DNA from: an uncultured Mageeibacillus sp.
Lineage (GTDB): Bacteria; Bacillota; Clostridia; Saccharofermentanales; UBA5734
Assembly: GCA_964528645.1 (NCBI GenBank)
Contig: CAZGSR010000004.1
Location: forward strand, 3,523-67,522
Direction: 5' to 3'
DNA: 64,000 nucleotides
The position numbers and the translations under genes are program-made. Below are positions 44,581 to 54,622 of this stretch, one piece after another. How positions within the stretch are numbered: the stretch's first letter is position 1; each line of letters starts with the position of its first letter. The notes beneath the pieces were generated by a model that worked only from the letters and a program-made list of their open reading frames with translations, was not told where the DNA came from and searched no databases.

Positions 44581-45084
44581 TTAGGTTGCAGTGTCCCGGG
44601 GATCGGTTTTCCTCAGGCGCTCCATGATGAGAGGCGCGAGGACCGGTGGGACCATGTGGGTGATATCGCCGCCGTAGGCAGCAACTTCACGGACGATCGA
44701 GGAGCTGTTGAAGGCCAGGTCGATCCGGCAGGGTAACAGGCAGGTCTCATAGGTGGGCAGAAGCAGCTTGTTTGCAGCTGCCAGCTCTGCTTCAAAGCGG
44801 AAGTCGGATTCGCTCCTGAGACCACGGACGACGGCGCGCGCTTTCTTGGCTGCGAAAAAATCAACCAGCAGGCCACTATGTGACTCGACGACGATGTTGG
44901 GAATGTCTTTCAGGACGCTCCGGGCCATTTCGACCCGCTCATCGGTTGTGAAATGATAACGCTTGCGGCTGTTGACCATGACCGCGACAAAAAGCTGGTC
45001 GCAAAGACCAGCCGCACGTCGCGCGATATCGTAATGACCATTGGTAAATGGATCAAAACTGCCTGGATAAATAAAAACAGCCAT
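44581..45084 (-). CDS. coaD: Phosphopantetheine adenylyltransferase
   Basis: MAVFIYPGSFDPFTNGHYDIARRA. Confidence 0.9.
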   Translation of the reverse strand: MAVFIYPGSFDPFTNGHYDIARRAAGLCDQLFVAVMVNSRKRYHFTTDERVEMARSVLKDIPNIVVESHSGLLVDFFAAKKARAVVRGLRSESDFRFEAELAAANKLLLPTYETCLLPCRIDLAFNSSSIVREVAAYGGDITHMVPPVLAPLIMERLRKTDPRDTAT

Positions 45085-45153
45085 CGGTCTCCCCTGGTTG
45101 GGCTTGCTACAAAACTCAGCTTGGCGCTGGGGAAGCCTGATCCGTCACGGTTT

Positions 45154-45705
45154 TCAGACTTGATAAAAGGATAGCATGGCCGTTCCGTACTGACAACTTC
45201 TCGAACGTTTCAATTCCGTGACAAAATCCGGGGCTTGGGATTTTGCATCATGTTCGAGGATGATGCGGCCGCCAGGGGCGAGAAGCCGGACCAAGTCCGG
45301 AGCCAGGCGTTCAAAATCGGCAATGGCCTGGCGGTAAGGCGGATCGAGAAAGATCAGGTCAAAGGTCTGGCCGCTGGCTAGCAGCTGGCGCACGGCCGAA
45401 AAAGCAGATCCGTGCTGGACCCGGGTCACGTCAGAAAGCCGGGTCTTTTCCAGATTGGTGGCAATGGCGGCAAGCCCAGCCCGGGCTTGTTCAACCAGGA
45501 TGACTTCGCGGGCACCTCGGCTGGCCGCCTCCAGCCCGATCTGGCCTGTGCCGGCATACAGGTCGAGAAAGGCACAATCTGGCAGCGATGGCGCCAGAAT
45601 GGAAAACAGGGCTTCTTTGGTCTTGTCGGCGGTGGGGCGGGTATCCTGGCCTTTGGGGGCAATGAGCGGGATGCCGCCGGCGCGGCCGCTGATGATTCTG
45701 GGCAA
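45154..45705 (-). CDS. rsmD: 16S rRNA (guanine966-N2)-methyltransferase
   Basis: RIISGRAGGIPL...TRPTADKTKEALFSIL...DLYAGTGQIGLEAASRGA...IFLDPPY. Confidence 0.9.
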   Translation of the reverse strand: MPRIISGRAGGIPLIAPKGQDTRPTADKTKEALFSILAPSLPDCAFLDLYAGTGQIGLEAASRGAREVILVEQARAGLAAIATNLEKTRLSDVTRVQHGSAFSAVRQLLASGQTFDLIFLDPPYRQAIADFERLAPDLVRLLAPGGRIILEHDAKSQAPDFVTELKRSRSCQYGTAMLSFYQV

Positions 45706-45725
45706 GTGGGTCTCCTCCTTAGTGA

Positions 45726-47804
45726 TCAGAGCTGGACATGTGGCAAGGCTGATCCGAAATGGCGTTCGATGGCACGGACCAGGCCCTGGTGTTCGTCACG
45801 TGTCAGGTCCGGGTCGCGATCGAACAAAGACCGGGCCGCTTCCTGGGCCTTTTGGAGCAGCTCGCGGTCGCGGTAGAGATTGGCCAGCCTGAGGGCTGGC
45901 AAGCCATGCTGGCGGGTCCCGAAAAAATCACCTGGACCCCGCAGTTCAAGGTCCTTGCGGGCGATTTCAAAGCCGTCGGTCGTCTGGCACAAAGTACGCA
46001 GGCGCTGCCGGGCCAGATCATCGTCACTGTCACTCATCAGGATACAGTAGGATTTGTGGGATCCGCGCCCGATCCGGCCACGCAACTGATGCAGCTGGGA
46101 CAGGCCGAAACGTTCAGCGTTTTCGATGATCATCAGGGTGGCATTGGGATTGTCCACACCGACTTCGATCACGGTTGTGCTGACCAGGACCTGGATCTGA
46201 CCGGCTGCGAAATCAGCCATGACGGCATCTTTGGCCGCTGGTTTGAGTCCGCCATGCAAAAGGCCGACGCTCAAGTCCGGGAAAACCGTCTGGGCCAGGC
46301 GGTTGTATGTCTGGATGGCAGACTCGAGGTCGAGCGAGGCCTGTTCTTCAATCATCGGGCAGACGACGTAAGCCTGCCTTCCAGCCTGGATCTGGCGGCG
46401 CACCAGATCCTCTACCCTGCCCCGGTCACCAGTCCTGGCCGTATACGTCGCAATGGGTTCGCGCCCAGTGGGAAGTTGGTCGATGACAGACATGTCCAGG
46501 TCACCATAGAGGATCAGCGCCAGGGTGCGTGGGATCGGGGTGGCAGACATGACCAAGACATGCGGCGACAGGCTGCGGGAATCTTCCGTGCGGTTGAGGC
46601 GGAAACGCTGCCTGACGCCGAAACGATGCTGTTCGTCCGTGATCGTCAGGGCGAGGTTATTGAAGGTGACTTTGTCTTCGATCACGGCATGAGTCCCGAC
46701 CAGGAGTCGGATCGACCCATTCTCAAGGCCAGCCAGGATACGCTTGCGCTCAGCGACAGGCGTGGCACCCGTCAAAAGGGCGATCGTTTCACCGCTGGGC
46801 GCCAGCAGTCGGGCCAGTGTCTGGGCATGCTGGGTCGCCAGGATCGCCGTCGGTGCCATCAGGACAGCCTGATAGCCGCAGAGGCTGGTTTCCAGCATCG
46901 CCAGGGCAGCCACCACCGTCTTGCCCGAGCCGACATCCCCCTGGACGAGGCGATTCATCGGCAGGTCGCGCCGCAAATCGCGGCGGATATCGGCCAATGC
47001 GCCCTGCTGGGCTGCGGTCAGCTGGAAAGGCAGGGTCGCTTCGACGTGCTTGACCTGCCCTTCGATCGTGGCATCCGGCAGTACCGGCAAGGCAGCCTGG
47101 CTGTTCTGGCGCGCCCGGCGCAGCAGGAAAAGCCCGGTCTGGAGCAGGAATAATTCCTCAAAAACAAGACGGGTCCGGCACAGGTCGGCTTCGTCGAGGC
47201 TGGATGGCTGGTGGATCCGCGACATCGCAAAATCGATTGCACACAAGTGATAATCGCGCCGGATCCAGTCTGGCAAAGGTTCTGGCAGGTGACTGATCAC
47301 CTTGGGCAGCAACGGCTGGATCAGGCTCCTGAGGACGCCCTGGGTCAGGCCTTCCGTCAGCGGGTAGATTGGCCGCAGCTGACCGATACTGTCTGGTTTT
47401 GCTGGTTCAAAGGCTGGGCTCTGGATCGTGAACTGGCCTGCGCTGCGCTTGACTTTGCCAAACAAACGATAGGATTCGCCAGAGAAAAGCCGGTCCGGGA
47501 TCCAGGGCTGATTGAACCACACGGCCCGGATGGCGCCGGTCTGATCGCGGAAAATGCCGCGTAAAATCGTGAGGCGACCTTTGCGATGGGTCTGGACTTT
47601 GCCCGAAAAGACAGCGACAAAAGACTGCTCCTGACCATCTGTCAGCTCGGCAATGGTCAGGTCAGAACTCCAGTCCTCAAAATCGCGCGGATACCAGGTG
47701 ACCAGGTCATACCAGGTCGTGATGCCCAGCCGTGCGAGCATGGCAGCCCGTTTGCCGGCTACACCATGGATGGCAGTGACCGGGGTTTCAAGCAGTCCGG
47801 CCAT
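45726..47804 (-). CDS. recG: ATP-dependent DNA helicase RecG
   Basis: A wedge domain is followed by QGDVGSGKTVVA, TDEQHRFGV and QLHQLRGRIGRG. Confidence 0.95.
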   Translation of the reverse strand: MAGLLETPVTAIHGVAGKRAAMLARLGITTWYDLVTWYPRDFEDWSSDLTIAELTDGQEQSFVAVFSGKVQTHRKGRLTILRGIFRDQTGAIRAVWFNQPWIPDRLFSGESYRLFGKVKRSAGQFTIQSPAFEPAKPDSIGQLRPIYPLTEGLTQGVLRSLIQPLLPKVISHLPEPLPDWIRRDYHLCAIDFAMSRIHQPSSLDEADLCRTRLVFEELFLLQTGLFLLRRARQNSQAALPVLPDATIEGQVKHVEATLPFQLTAAQQGALADIRRDLRRDLPMNRLVQGDVGSGKTVVAALAMLETSLCGYQAVLMAPTAILATQHAQTLARLLAPSGETIALLTGATPVAERKRILAGLENGSIRLLVGTHAVIEDKVTFNNLALTITDEQHRFGVRQRFRLNRTEDSRSLSPHVLVMSATPIPRTLALILYGDLDMSVIDQLPTGREPIATYTARTGDRGRVEDLVRRQIQAGRQAYVVCPMIEEQASLDLESAIQTYNRLAQTVFPDLSVGLLHGGLKPAAKDAVMADFAAGQIQVLVSTTVIEVGVDNPNATLMIIENAERFGLSQLHQLRGRIGRGSHKSYCILMSDSDDDLARQRLRTLCQTTDGFEIARKDLELRGPGDFFGTRQHGLPALRLANLYRDRELLQKAQEAARSLFDRDPDLTRDEHQGLVRAIERHFGSALPHVQL

Positions 47805-48420
47805 GGTTGCACAAGGGCTTCAAGGGACAGCTGTGGCAGTCAGGACGGCGGGCGATACAGATCTCCCGGCCATGTGCGACGACGAGGTGGCCATAGGCGG
47901 TTTGTTTATCCGGCGGTAAGACCGCGACGAGGTCCCGTTCGATCGCAGCCGGTTCGGTCTGTTCTGTCAGGCCGAGCAAGCGGGAAATCCGGGCACAGTG
48001 AGTATCCACGACAACGGCCTGGCGCCCAAACCAGTCGCCCAGGATCAGGTTGGCGATCTTGCGGCCTACACCGGGCAGACGGGTCAAACCCTCGAGGGTA
48101 TCGGGCACCTGGCCGTCATGGTCACGCACCAGAGCGGCGCTGGCAGCCTGGATCGCCTTGGCCTTGTTGCGGAACAAACCACAGGAGCGGATCAGGTTTT
48201 CCAATTCCAGGCGCTCCGACTCAGCAAAAGCCTGTGGGGTCGGGTACCGTTCAAACAGGGCGGGGGTGATAAGATTGACCCGGTAGTCGGTGCATTGGGC
48301 GGCCAGGATCGCACCGACCAGTAATTCATGGGCCGTGCGATAATCGAGGGTGCAAAGAGCGTCAGGGTAACGCTGTTCCAGGGCGGCGACAATCGCCGCT
48401 GCCCGTTCTTTTTCAGTCAT
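47788..48420 (-). CDS. nth: Endonuclease III
   Basis: The HhH-GPD motif is LTRLPGVGRKIANL, with the C-terminal 4Fe-4S cluster C-x6-C-x2-C-x5-C. Confidence 0.9.
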   Translation of the reverse strand: MTEKERAAAIVAALEQRYPDALCTLDYRTAHELLVGAILAAQCTDYRVNLITPALFERYPTPQAFAESERLELENLIRSCGLFRNKAKAIQAASAALVRDHDGQVPDTLEGLTRLPGVGRKIANLILGDWFGRQAVVVDTHCARISRLLGLTEQTEPAAIERDLVAVLPPDKQTAYGHLVVAHGREICIARRPDCHSCPLKPLCNHGRTA

Positions 48421-49741
48421 TGGCTTCCTTCAGATAGACTTTGATGGCGTAAGTTTGTTTGTCAGAGCGGCGAAAGATGTCCAGAGTGAGCTGGTCACCT
48501 GGCTCATGCTGGGCCAGGATGGAGGACAGGCTCTGGTGGAGGCGGACAGGCTCACCGTTCACTGCTGTAATGATATCACCTCTGCGGATATCGGCAAGAT
48601 AGGCCGGGCTATCCTCGATCACATGGCTGACATACAGACCATCCGGGAAATCATACAGATCCTGAAGTCCGGCGAAGCTCTCGTCCTTGAGCACGGCGAT
48701 GCCCAGCCAGGGCTGCCCTTCCGGTGCAGATTCGCCCAGGAGCCGCTCAACCACATCGAGCACGGTCGGGGTTTCGATCGCGTAACTGAGGCTTTCGAAC
48801 GTTTCGCTCAGCTGGCTGGAATTAGCCAGTGCGATCACATCGCCGGCGAGATTGAGCAAGGGACCGCCCTGGCCGCTGGCCAGAATCGGGGCATTGGAAC
48901 GGACCATTTCAACCTTGGTGCCATCCTCGAGCAGGACGGGCTGGTGCAAGGCAGTCACGAGTCCGCTGGTCAGGCAACCTTCGCTGACCATGTCATCTGG
49001 AAAACTGAGGAAAAAGACAACCTGGCCCACCCGGAGGGTATTTTGCAGACTGAATCTGGCCGGGACCAGTTCGGTCTGGCCAGGATCAATGGTCAGGACG
49101 GCAACACCGGTGGTTTTGTCCAGGCCGGACAGCCGGGCCTCAAACAAGCGGTTCTCGTTCTGGACCCGGACCTGGATCCGGCTGTTTTCCAACATCTGGC
49201 CGGAACGGTCGAGGGCAATTTTCAGCAAATCAGCCGAGGTCAGGATCTGGCCCTGGGCAGAGTAGATCACACCCGACCCACTGTCTGTGATCGTGGTAGT
49301 GGAGGTGTCGGACTGGGCTGCGACCTGAATGCCAACCACGCTGGGGGCGACCTGGTTGTAGAGCTCCTCGACCAGACGGCCCTCAGCCATGAGCGCGATC
49401 TGCTCCTTGGCCTGGTCACCGAGGATCTCGGGGGAAATCAGGGGCATGGGGGTCGGCTCTGGGGACTGGCTTTGCGGGACACTGGCCGTAGTGGCCAGGA
49501 TGCTCGGCTTCGGGACAACCAGAACAGACTGGCTGGTCTCGGCTGAGGTCGTCTCACGAGTCGTTTCTGATACGGACGATTGAGATGTAGCCAAAGGGCC
49601 GGCTGTGTAGAGCCAAGAAGTCAGCATCGATGCCATGACTGCCGAGAAAAGACCGAAGGCAGCCAGGCCCAGTGTGCGGTTTGTCAGAACTGTCACGCAA
49701 TGTCCTCCGTCAAAGTCCTGTCCGAGGTTGGTCAAACACAT
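48413..49741 (-). CDS. HtrA/DegP-like S1C fold plus PDZ protein with all three catalytic residues substituted (probable pseudoprotease)
   Basis: An N-terminal TM helix is present. GSGVIYSAQGQILTSADLL aligns with the canonical ...TNNHVV. DKTTGVAVLTID aligns with D..TDLAVLKI. ILASGQGGPLLN aligns with INPGNSGGPLLN. A PDZ-like C-terminus follows (YVSHVIEDSPAYLADIRRGDIITAVNG). Confidence 0.7.
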   Translation of the reverse strand: MCLTNLGQDFDGGHCVTVLTNRTLGLAAFGLFSAVMASMLTSWLYTAGPLATSQSSVSETTRETTSAETSQSVLVVPKPSILATTASVPQSQSPEPTPMPLISPEILGDQAKEQIALMAEGRLVEELYNQVAPSVVGIQVAAQSDTSTTTITDSGSGVIYSAQGQILTSADLLKIALDRSGQMLENSRIQVRVQNENRLFEARLSGLDKTTGVAVLTIDPGQTELVPARFSLQNTLRVGQVVFFLSFPDDMVSEGCLTSGLVTALHQPVLLEDGTKVEMVRSNAPILASGQGGPLLNLAGDVIALANSSQLSETFESLSYAIETPTVLDVVERLLGESAPEGQPWLGIAVLKDESFAGLQDLYDFPDGLYVSHVIEDSPAYLADIRRGDIITAVNGEPVRLHQSLSSILAQHEPGDQLTLDIFRRSDKQTYAIKVYLKEAND

Positions 49742-49779
49742 TTATTTTATAGGATAGAAATGAATGGGATATGAACATT

Positions 49780-51300
49780 TTACGGCGTTTTAAGGGTGAA
49801 ACTGAAACGGGCACCACCGAGGTCACTGTCTGTCACCGTGATACGCTGGCCATGGGCGGCCAGGATGGTCCGACAGATGAACAGTCCCAGGCCCGAGCTT
49901 TTACTGGTCCGGCTGCGCTCTGCTGTGTAGAAACGGTCGAAGATGAACGGCCGGTCTTTTTCAGCCACACCAGAGCCGCTGTCTTCGATGATCACCTCGA
50001 CCTGGTGGCTGGCCTTGATGCGGCGGGTTGACAGGGCAATGACGCCCTCAGCTGGACAGAAGCGGATGGCATTGGAGATGATGTTGTACACGACGCGGCT
50101 GATGGCCTCACGGTCGCCGAGCACGATCAGTCGGCCCGGCTCAGACTCATCGAAGTCACTCTGGACGCTGATGGATTTTTCATTGAGCAGAGACTCCAGC
50201 CCGTAGACGTCTTCCCGGATGACCGAATTGATGTTGAATGGCTGCTCATCGAGCTGGAACGTACCACTATCGTAACGGCTCGCCTCGGACAAGGTCTGGA
50301 CCAGGTTTTGCAGACGCAACACCTCCTGTTTGACAATCTCCAGGTAGACAGTCGTCTTGTCCGCTGGCACAGTTCCGTCGAGCATGCCTTCGACAAAACC
50401 GCGGATCGAGGTCAGAGGGGTGCGCAAGTCATGTGAAACACTGGAGATAAAATCACGGCGGCTGCGCTCCTGGTGCTCCAGTTTTTCGATCATCGAGTTC
50501 ATCGTCTCGACCAGGACCATCAGGTCGTCCGTCACCAGAGCCCTCTGATGTGCCTGGTCTGGAGTGGCCATGCCGGGCAGGATAACCCGGGCCGACAGGT
50601 CGCCCCGGTAAACCTTGTCAGCAGTCCGGGCCAAAAGCCGGATGGGCCGCGTGATGTTGCGCGACAAGAGGACGAGGAAAAGCAAGGCCAGGAAAAAGGC
50701 CACCACCATCGAAAAGAGCAGGCTGTTGGTCATTAAAAAGCTGTTGAAGCTTTCGGTCACGACGGGGCGGTGGAGCTGGATTTCGCCGATATAGGCGCCC
50801 GTTGGCGAAGGAAGCGGCACGATGGTGCTGATCCAGCGCTGACCGGTGCTGCGGAAAAGGCCGCGGAAATCACCAATCGTGGCCAGTCCGGACTTGCCCA
50901 GGACGGACCCGCCGCGGTAAGCCGAAGGTATGATCCAGTCCCCGTCAGCAGACTCAAACTGGGAGGAAATGGTTGCCGGGACACTGGTGGTGTAGGCGAG
51001 CGTGCCATTGCTGTCGATCACCCAGACCAAAGCACCGGTTGAACGGGCGGTAAAATTGAGATAGCTGATGACGGTCGAACTATTGATCTTGCCCTGGCTG
51101 GAATGGAAGGTTGGTCCGGCCATTTCTGCAATCGCCCGGGCACTGGCCAGAAGCTGGCTCGACTGCTGGCGGGCGCTGGCCGTCGTGACAATGCCATAGT
51201 ACACGACGCCCATCAGGGAGAAGACGATCAAAATGGCCATCGCCAGCTGGAGGATGGTCCGGCCATAGAGGGAGTTCATCAGGCGGCGTGGCCAGAGCAT
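49780..51300 (-). CDS. Sensor histidine kinase (two TM helices, HAMP, HisKA, HATPase_c)
   Basis: The H-box is FISSVSHDLRTPLTSIRGF. The N and G boxes are VVYNIISNAIRF, DSGSGV and GLGLFI. Confidence 0.9.
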   Translation of the reverse strand: MLWPRRLMNSLYGRTILQLAMAILIVFSLMGVVYYGIVTTASARQQSSQLLASARAIAEMAGPTFHSSQGKINSSTVISYLNFTARSTGALVWVIDSNGTLAYTTSVPATISSQFESADGDWIIPSAYRGGSVLGKSGLATIGDFRGLFRSTGQRWISTIVPLPSPTGAYIGEIQLHRPVVTESFNSFLMTNSLLFSMVVAFFLALLFLVLLSRNITRPIRLLARTADKVYRGDLSARVILPGMATPDQAHQRALVTDDLMVLVETMNSMIEKLEHQERSRRDFISSVSHDLRTPLTSIRGFVEGMLDGTVPADKTTVYLEIVKQEVLRLQNLVQTLSEASRYDSGTFQLDEQPFNINSVIREDVYGLESLLNEKSISVQSDFDESEPGRLIVLGDREAISRVVYNIISNAIRFCPAEGVIALSTRRIKASHQVEVIIEDSGSGVAEKDRPFIFDRFYTAERSRTSKSSGLGLFICRTILAAHGQRITVTDSDLGGARFSFTLKTP

Positions 51301-51320
51301 GCTTGCCTTATCCCCCGGAT

Positions 51321-52031
51321 TCAGAAGGCTTCAAATTTGTAGCCGACGCCCCAGACTGTCTTGATCTGCCAGTTAGGATGCTCACCAGTTTCCTCGAGCT
51401 TCTCGCGGATCCGCTTGATATGGACATCGACGGTGCGTGATTCGCCAAAATAATCAAAGCCCCAGATGTTTTCCAGCAGCTGTTCCCGGGTGAACACCCG
51501 GTTGGGGTGGGAAGCCAGGAAAAAGAGCAGCTCCAGTTCCTTGGGCGGCATTTCGATGTTCTGGCCGCCTGCGGTCACGCTGTAGCGGGATTTGTCGATC
51601 CGGATGCCCGGATACTCGACCCATTCCGTGGAGGTATGATTCTGGCTGGACTTTTGCGGATCTTGTGGTGCCTCGACCCGGCGCAGAACAGCCTTGACCC
51701 TGGCCAGGAGTTCTTTCGGTTCAAATGGTTTCTGGACATAGTCATCTGCACCGAGTTCGAGACCGACGACTTTGTCGAGGGTGTCACCACGGGCGGTAAG
51801 CATGATCACCGGGACACTGGAGGTGCGGCGGATCTCGCGCAGCACATCGTATCCATCCTTACCCGGCAGCATCAGGTCGAGAATGACAATATCCGGCGCA
51901 GCCTGGGGGAAAATCTCCACCGCATGGTTGCCGTCATAACAAGTGACAACCTCAAAACCGTCTTTGTCAAAATACAGCCGCAACAGTTCACTGATATGGG
52001 GATCGTCGTCGACGATGAATGCTTTTTTCAA
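51321..52031 (-). CDS. OmpR-family response regulator
   Basis: The receiver domain has DD...DLMLPGKDG...K, and the winged-helix C-terminus has RVFTREQLL...VDVHIKRIREKL. Confidence 0.9.
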   Translation of the reverse strand: MKKAFIVDDDPHISELLRLYFDKDGFEVVTCYDGNHAVEIFPQAAPDIVILDLMLPGKDGYDVLREIRRTSSVPVIMLTARGDTLDKVVGLELGADDYVQKPFEPKELLARVKAVLRRVEAPQDPQKSSQNHTSTEWVEYPGIRIDKSRYSVTAGGQNIEMPPKELELLFFLASHPNRVFTREQLLENIWGFDYFGESRTVDVHIKRIREKLEETGEHPNWQIKTVWGVGYKFEAF

Positions 52032-52057
52032 AAAGATGTCCTCCGGTGCTAAAGCTG

Positions 52058-52513
52058 TCAGGTTTTGCGCATCATTTGGTTGAGTTCATCCAGGAATGAA
52101 TTGACGTCCTTGAATTGGCGATAAACCGATGCAAACCGGACATAGGCGACTTCATCGATCTTCTTGAGCCCATCCATGACCATCTCGCCGATTTCATGCG
52201 AAGTCACTTCCCGTTTCAGGGCATTCTGGTTTGATGTCTCGATGTTGTTGACCAGCGTTTCGATCTGGCTGGTCGAGACCGGACGTTTCTCGCAGCTCTT
52301 CAAGATACCCGAAATCAGTTTGTCACGGTCGAATGGTTCACGGGTGCCGTCCTTTTTGATCACCAGGAGCGGCAGGGTCTCGATCTTCTCATAGGTCGTA
52401 AAACGGCCACCACAGGCGATGCACTCGCGTCGGCGGCGGATGGCAGAGCCTTCATCGGAAGGCCGGGAATCGATCACGCGATCTTCGCCGTGCGAGCAAA
52501 ATGGGCAACGCAT
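52058..52513 (-). CDS. nrdR: Transcriptional repressor NrdR
   Basis: [18 protein letters not shown]...[12 protein letters not shown] is followed by an ATP-cone. Confidence 0.95.
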   Translation of the reverse strand: MRCPFCSHGEDRVIDSRPSDEGSAIRRRRECIACGGRFTTYEKIETLPLLVIKKDGTREPFDRDKLISGILKSCEKRPVSTSQIETLVNNIETSNQNALKREVTSHEIGEMVMDGLKKIDEVAYVRFASVYRQFKDVNSFLDELNQMMRKT

Positions 52514-52531
52514 GTCCTGTGGGCTCCTTGC

Positions 52532-54025
52532 TCAGTCGTTGAAGCGGGAGTCATTGTCCTGCAAAAACCAGGGCAGCTTGCGTGCCGGTTTTTGCTTGTC
52601 GCGGTTCTGGCGGGACGGTGGCTCGGGCTCGACTGGCCGGGATGGGGTCTCCTGGTGGTTGCTGGCCAGATCGGTGTAGGAGGATTTGCCATAACCGGAG
52701 GACCCGCCGAAAAGGCCGTCATAGCGCGGGATTTCCTGCGTGTCGCTGGAATCAGCAGGAGAAGGTCCAGCAGCTGGCATGACCGGGGCAGATGGCTGCG
52801 AGGCAGACTCTGCTGCAGGCGCTGCCTGGGGCGATGGTTCTGCTGCACCCACAGAATGGAAACCGCCAAAGTTGCTGCTCGCGTCTGCTGGCGTCGGCTG
52901 AGTCTGGGGTTTCTCGATGTCACGGAAAATATCCGGGACAAAATAGGAGGTGTCGCTGGCTGGGGCTGCCGGACGTTCGAACGGCTGCGGCTGCGCAGCC
53001 GGTGCTGGCTGGCTGACCGGAGCTGCTGCCTGGACGGGCTTGGCGACAAAAGCAGCCGGATCACGATCAAAGCCACTGGCAATGACGGTGATCATGATCT
53101 CATCCTGCATGGCGTCGTCATGGGTGGCACCAAAAATGATATCGGCATCCGGGGATACGGCATCGCGCACAATCGAGGCGGCTTCGTCGACCTCGCGGAT
53201 CTTCATGTCGCGGCCGCCGGTGAAGTTCATGATCACGCCGCGGGCCCCATCAATGGTAGTGTCCAGAAGCGGGCTGTTGATCGCCTGGCGGATCGCAGCC
53301 GCGGCACGGCCTTCGCCAGAAGCGCGGCCAATACCCATGTGGCAGACACCCGCCTGGGTCATGATGCGGCGGACATCGGCCAGGTCGAGGTTGATCAGGC
53401 CGGGGACGGCAACCAGGTCGGAGATGCCGGAAACGCCGTAGCGCAGGATCTGGTCAGCGAGGATGAAGGCCTCGTCGAGGGACGTATTTTCATCAGCGAT
53501 CTCAAGCAGTTTGTCATTGGGGACAACGATCAGGGAATCGACGAATTTCTCGAGTTCGCGGATGCCGCGCTCGGCATTCTGCATCCGGCGCGAGCCTTCG
53601 AAGCGGAACGGACGGGTGACGACACCGACGGTCAGGATATTGAGCTCCTTGGCGATCTGGGCAATCACCGGTGCGCCACCAGTGCCTGTGCCGCCGCCCA
53701 TGCCGGCCGTGATGAACAGCATGTCGGTGCCTTTGATCAATTCGCTGATCTCATCGGCGGACTCGACCGCGGCCTTGGCACCGATCTCGGGATTGGCCCC
53801 GGCGCCCTGGCCTCGGGTGATCTTCTCCCCGATCTGGACCCGGTTGGATGCCTTGGACCGCTGCAGGACCTGGTTGTCTGTGTTGACCGCGATGAACTCG
53901 ATCCCCTGGACGGAGCTCTCGATCATGCGATCGACCGCATTGCAGCCACCGCCGCCGATGCCGATGACTTTGATGGTCGCGATATGGTCATTTTCCATAC
54001 TGATGCTCAGTTTATAATCAGCCAA
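52532..54025 (-). CDS. ftsZ: Cell division protein FtsZ with an unusually long (~165 aa) Pro/Ala/Gln-rich C-terminal linker
   Basis: [10 protein letters not shown] and [10 protein letters not shown] are present. The C-terminal peptide is KLPWFLQDN. The protein is 497 aa. Confidence 0.95.
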   Translation of the reverse strand: MADYKLSISMENDHIATIKVIGIGGGGCNAVDRMIESSVQGIEFIAVNTDNQVLQRSKASNRVQIGEKITRGQGAGANPEIGAKAAVESADEISELIKGTDMLFITAGMGGGTGTGGAPVIAQIAKELNILTVGVVTRPFRFEGSRRMQNAERGIRELEKFVDSLIVVPNDKLLEIADENTSLDEAFILADQILRYGVSGISDLVAVPGLINLDLADVRRIMTQAGVCHMGIGRASGEGRAAAAIRQAINSPLLDTTIDGARGVIMNFTGGRDMKIREVDEAASIVRDAVSPDADIIFGATHDDAMQDEIMITVIASGFDRDPAAFVAKPVQAAAPVSQPAPAAQPQPFERPAAPASDTSYFVPDIFRDIEKPQTQPTPADASSNFGGFHSVGAAEPSPQAAPAAESASQPSAPVMPAAGPSPADSSDTQEIPRYDGLFGGSSGYGKSSYTDLASNHQETPSRPVEPEPPSRQNRDKQKPARKLPWFLQDNDSRFND

Positions 54026-54244
54026 TTGAAATACCCCTCTCTGCTTTAAAAAAGTGGATCACTGGATCCGGGTCAATCTCCGGCTATCACACCGGAGAAA
54101 AATGTCAATCTCTACAATCAGCCATGTGTGGCAACAAGTTGTGCTTTTTGTTACGATTCTACACTAATTATTGCAGGTAAACAACAATATTTGGTGTCTG
54201 TCTTTCAGTCTGGTTACAAGATCTAGCGCCTCTGGTCAGTTCCT

Positions 54245-54613
54245 TCAAACCGGATCCTTGGTTTGAAGGGGTCGTCTTTTCTGCTCCAGTCGTTCGATCA
54301 GCAAGCGTCGGATCGTGGACGAATTCAGGAAGATCCGGTTGCCGAAGGCAAAAACGGCGGCCAGGGATAATTGCAAGTCGAGCTGGTCACCCAGGGCGGC
54401 CAGCAACACCGCGATCGCACTGTTGCCGAGAAATCCAGTGACAAACATCTTGGTGTTGAATGTGTTCCGGAGATTAGCAACCAGGGCTCCGACGACGGAG
54501 TCTATGGCCGCCAGGATCCCGACAGCCACATAGGATGAATAGGCACTCGGGATGTCGATGTCGAGCAGCAGGCCGACCAGAAGGCCAACGATCAGTCCGA
54601 TCAAGGGAAACAT
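54245..54613 (-). CDS. sbp: Small basic protein (DUF1290, Sbp)
   Basis: 122 aa, with three hydrophobic helices and a basic tail. It sits between ftsQ and ftsZ, as in Bacillus. Confidence 0.75.
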   Translation of the reverse strand: MFPLIGLIVGLLVGLLLDIDIPSAYSSYVAVGILAAIDSVVGALVANLRNTFNTKMFVTGFLGNSAIAVLLAALGDQLDLQLSLAAVFAFGNRIFLNSSTIRRLLIERLEQKRRPLQTKDPV

Positions 54614-54622
54614 GAGAACCTC

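Noticed and set aside
52490-54049. A 519-aa plus-strand ORF covering the ftsZ locus.
   Set aside because: It is antisense to an unambiguous FtsZ ([10 protein letters not shown]), and its translation is low-complexity.
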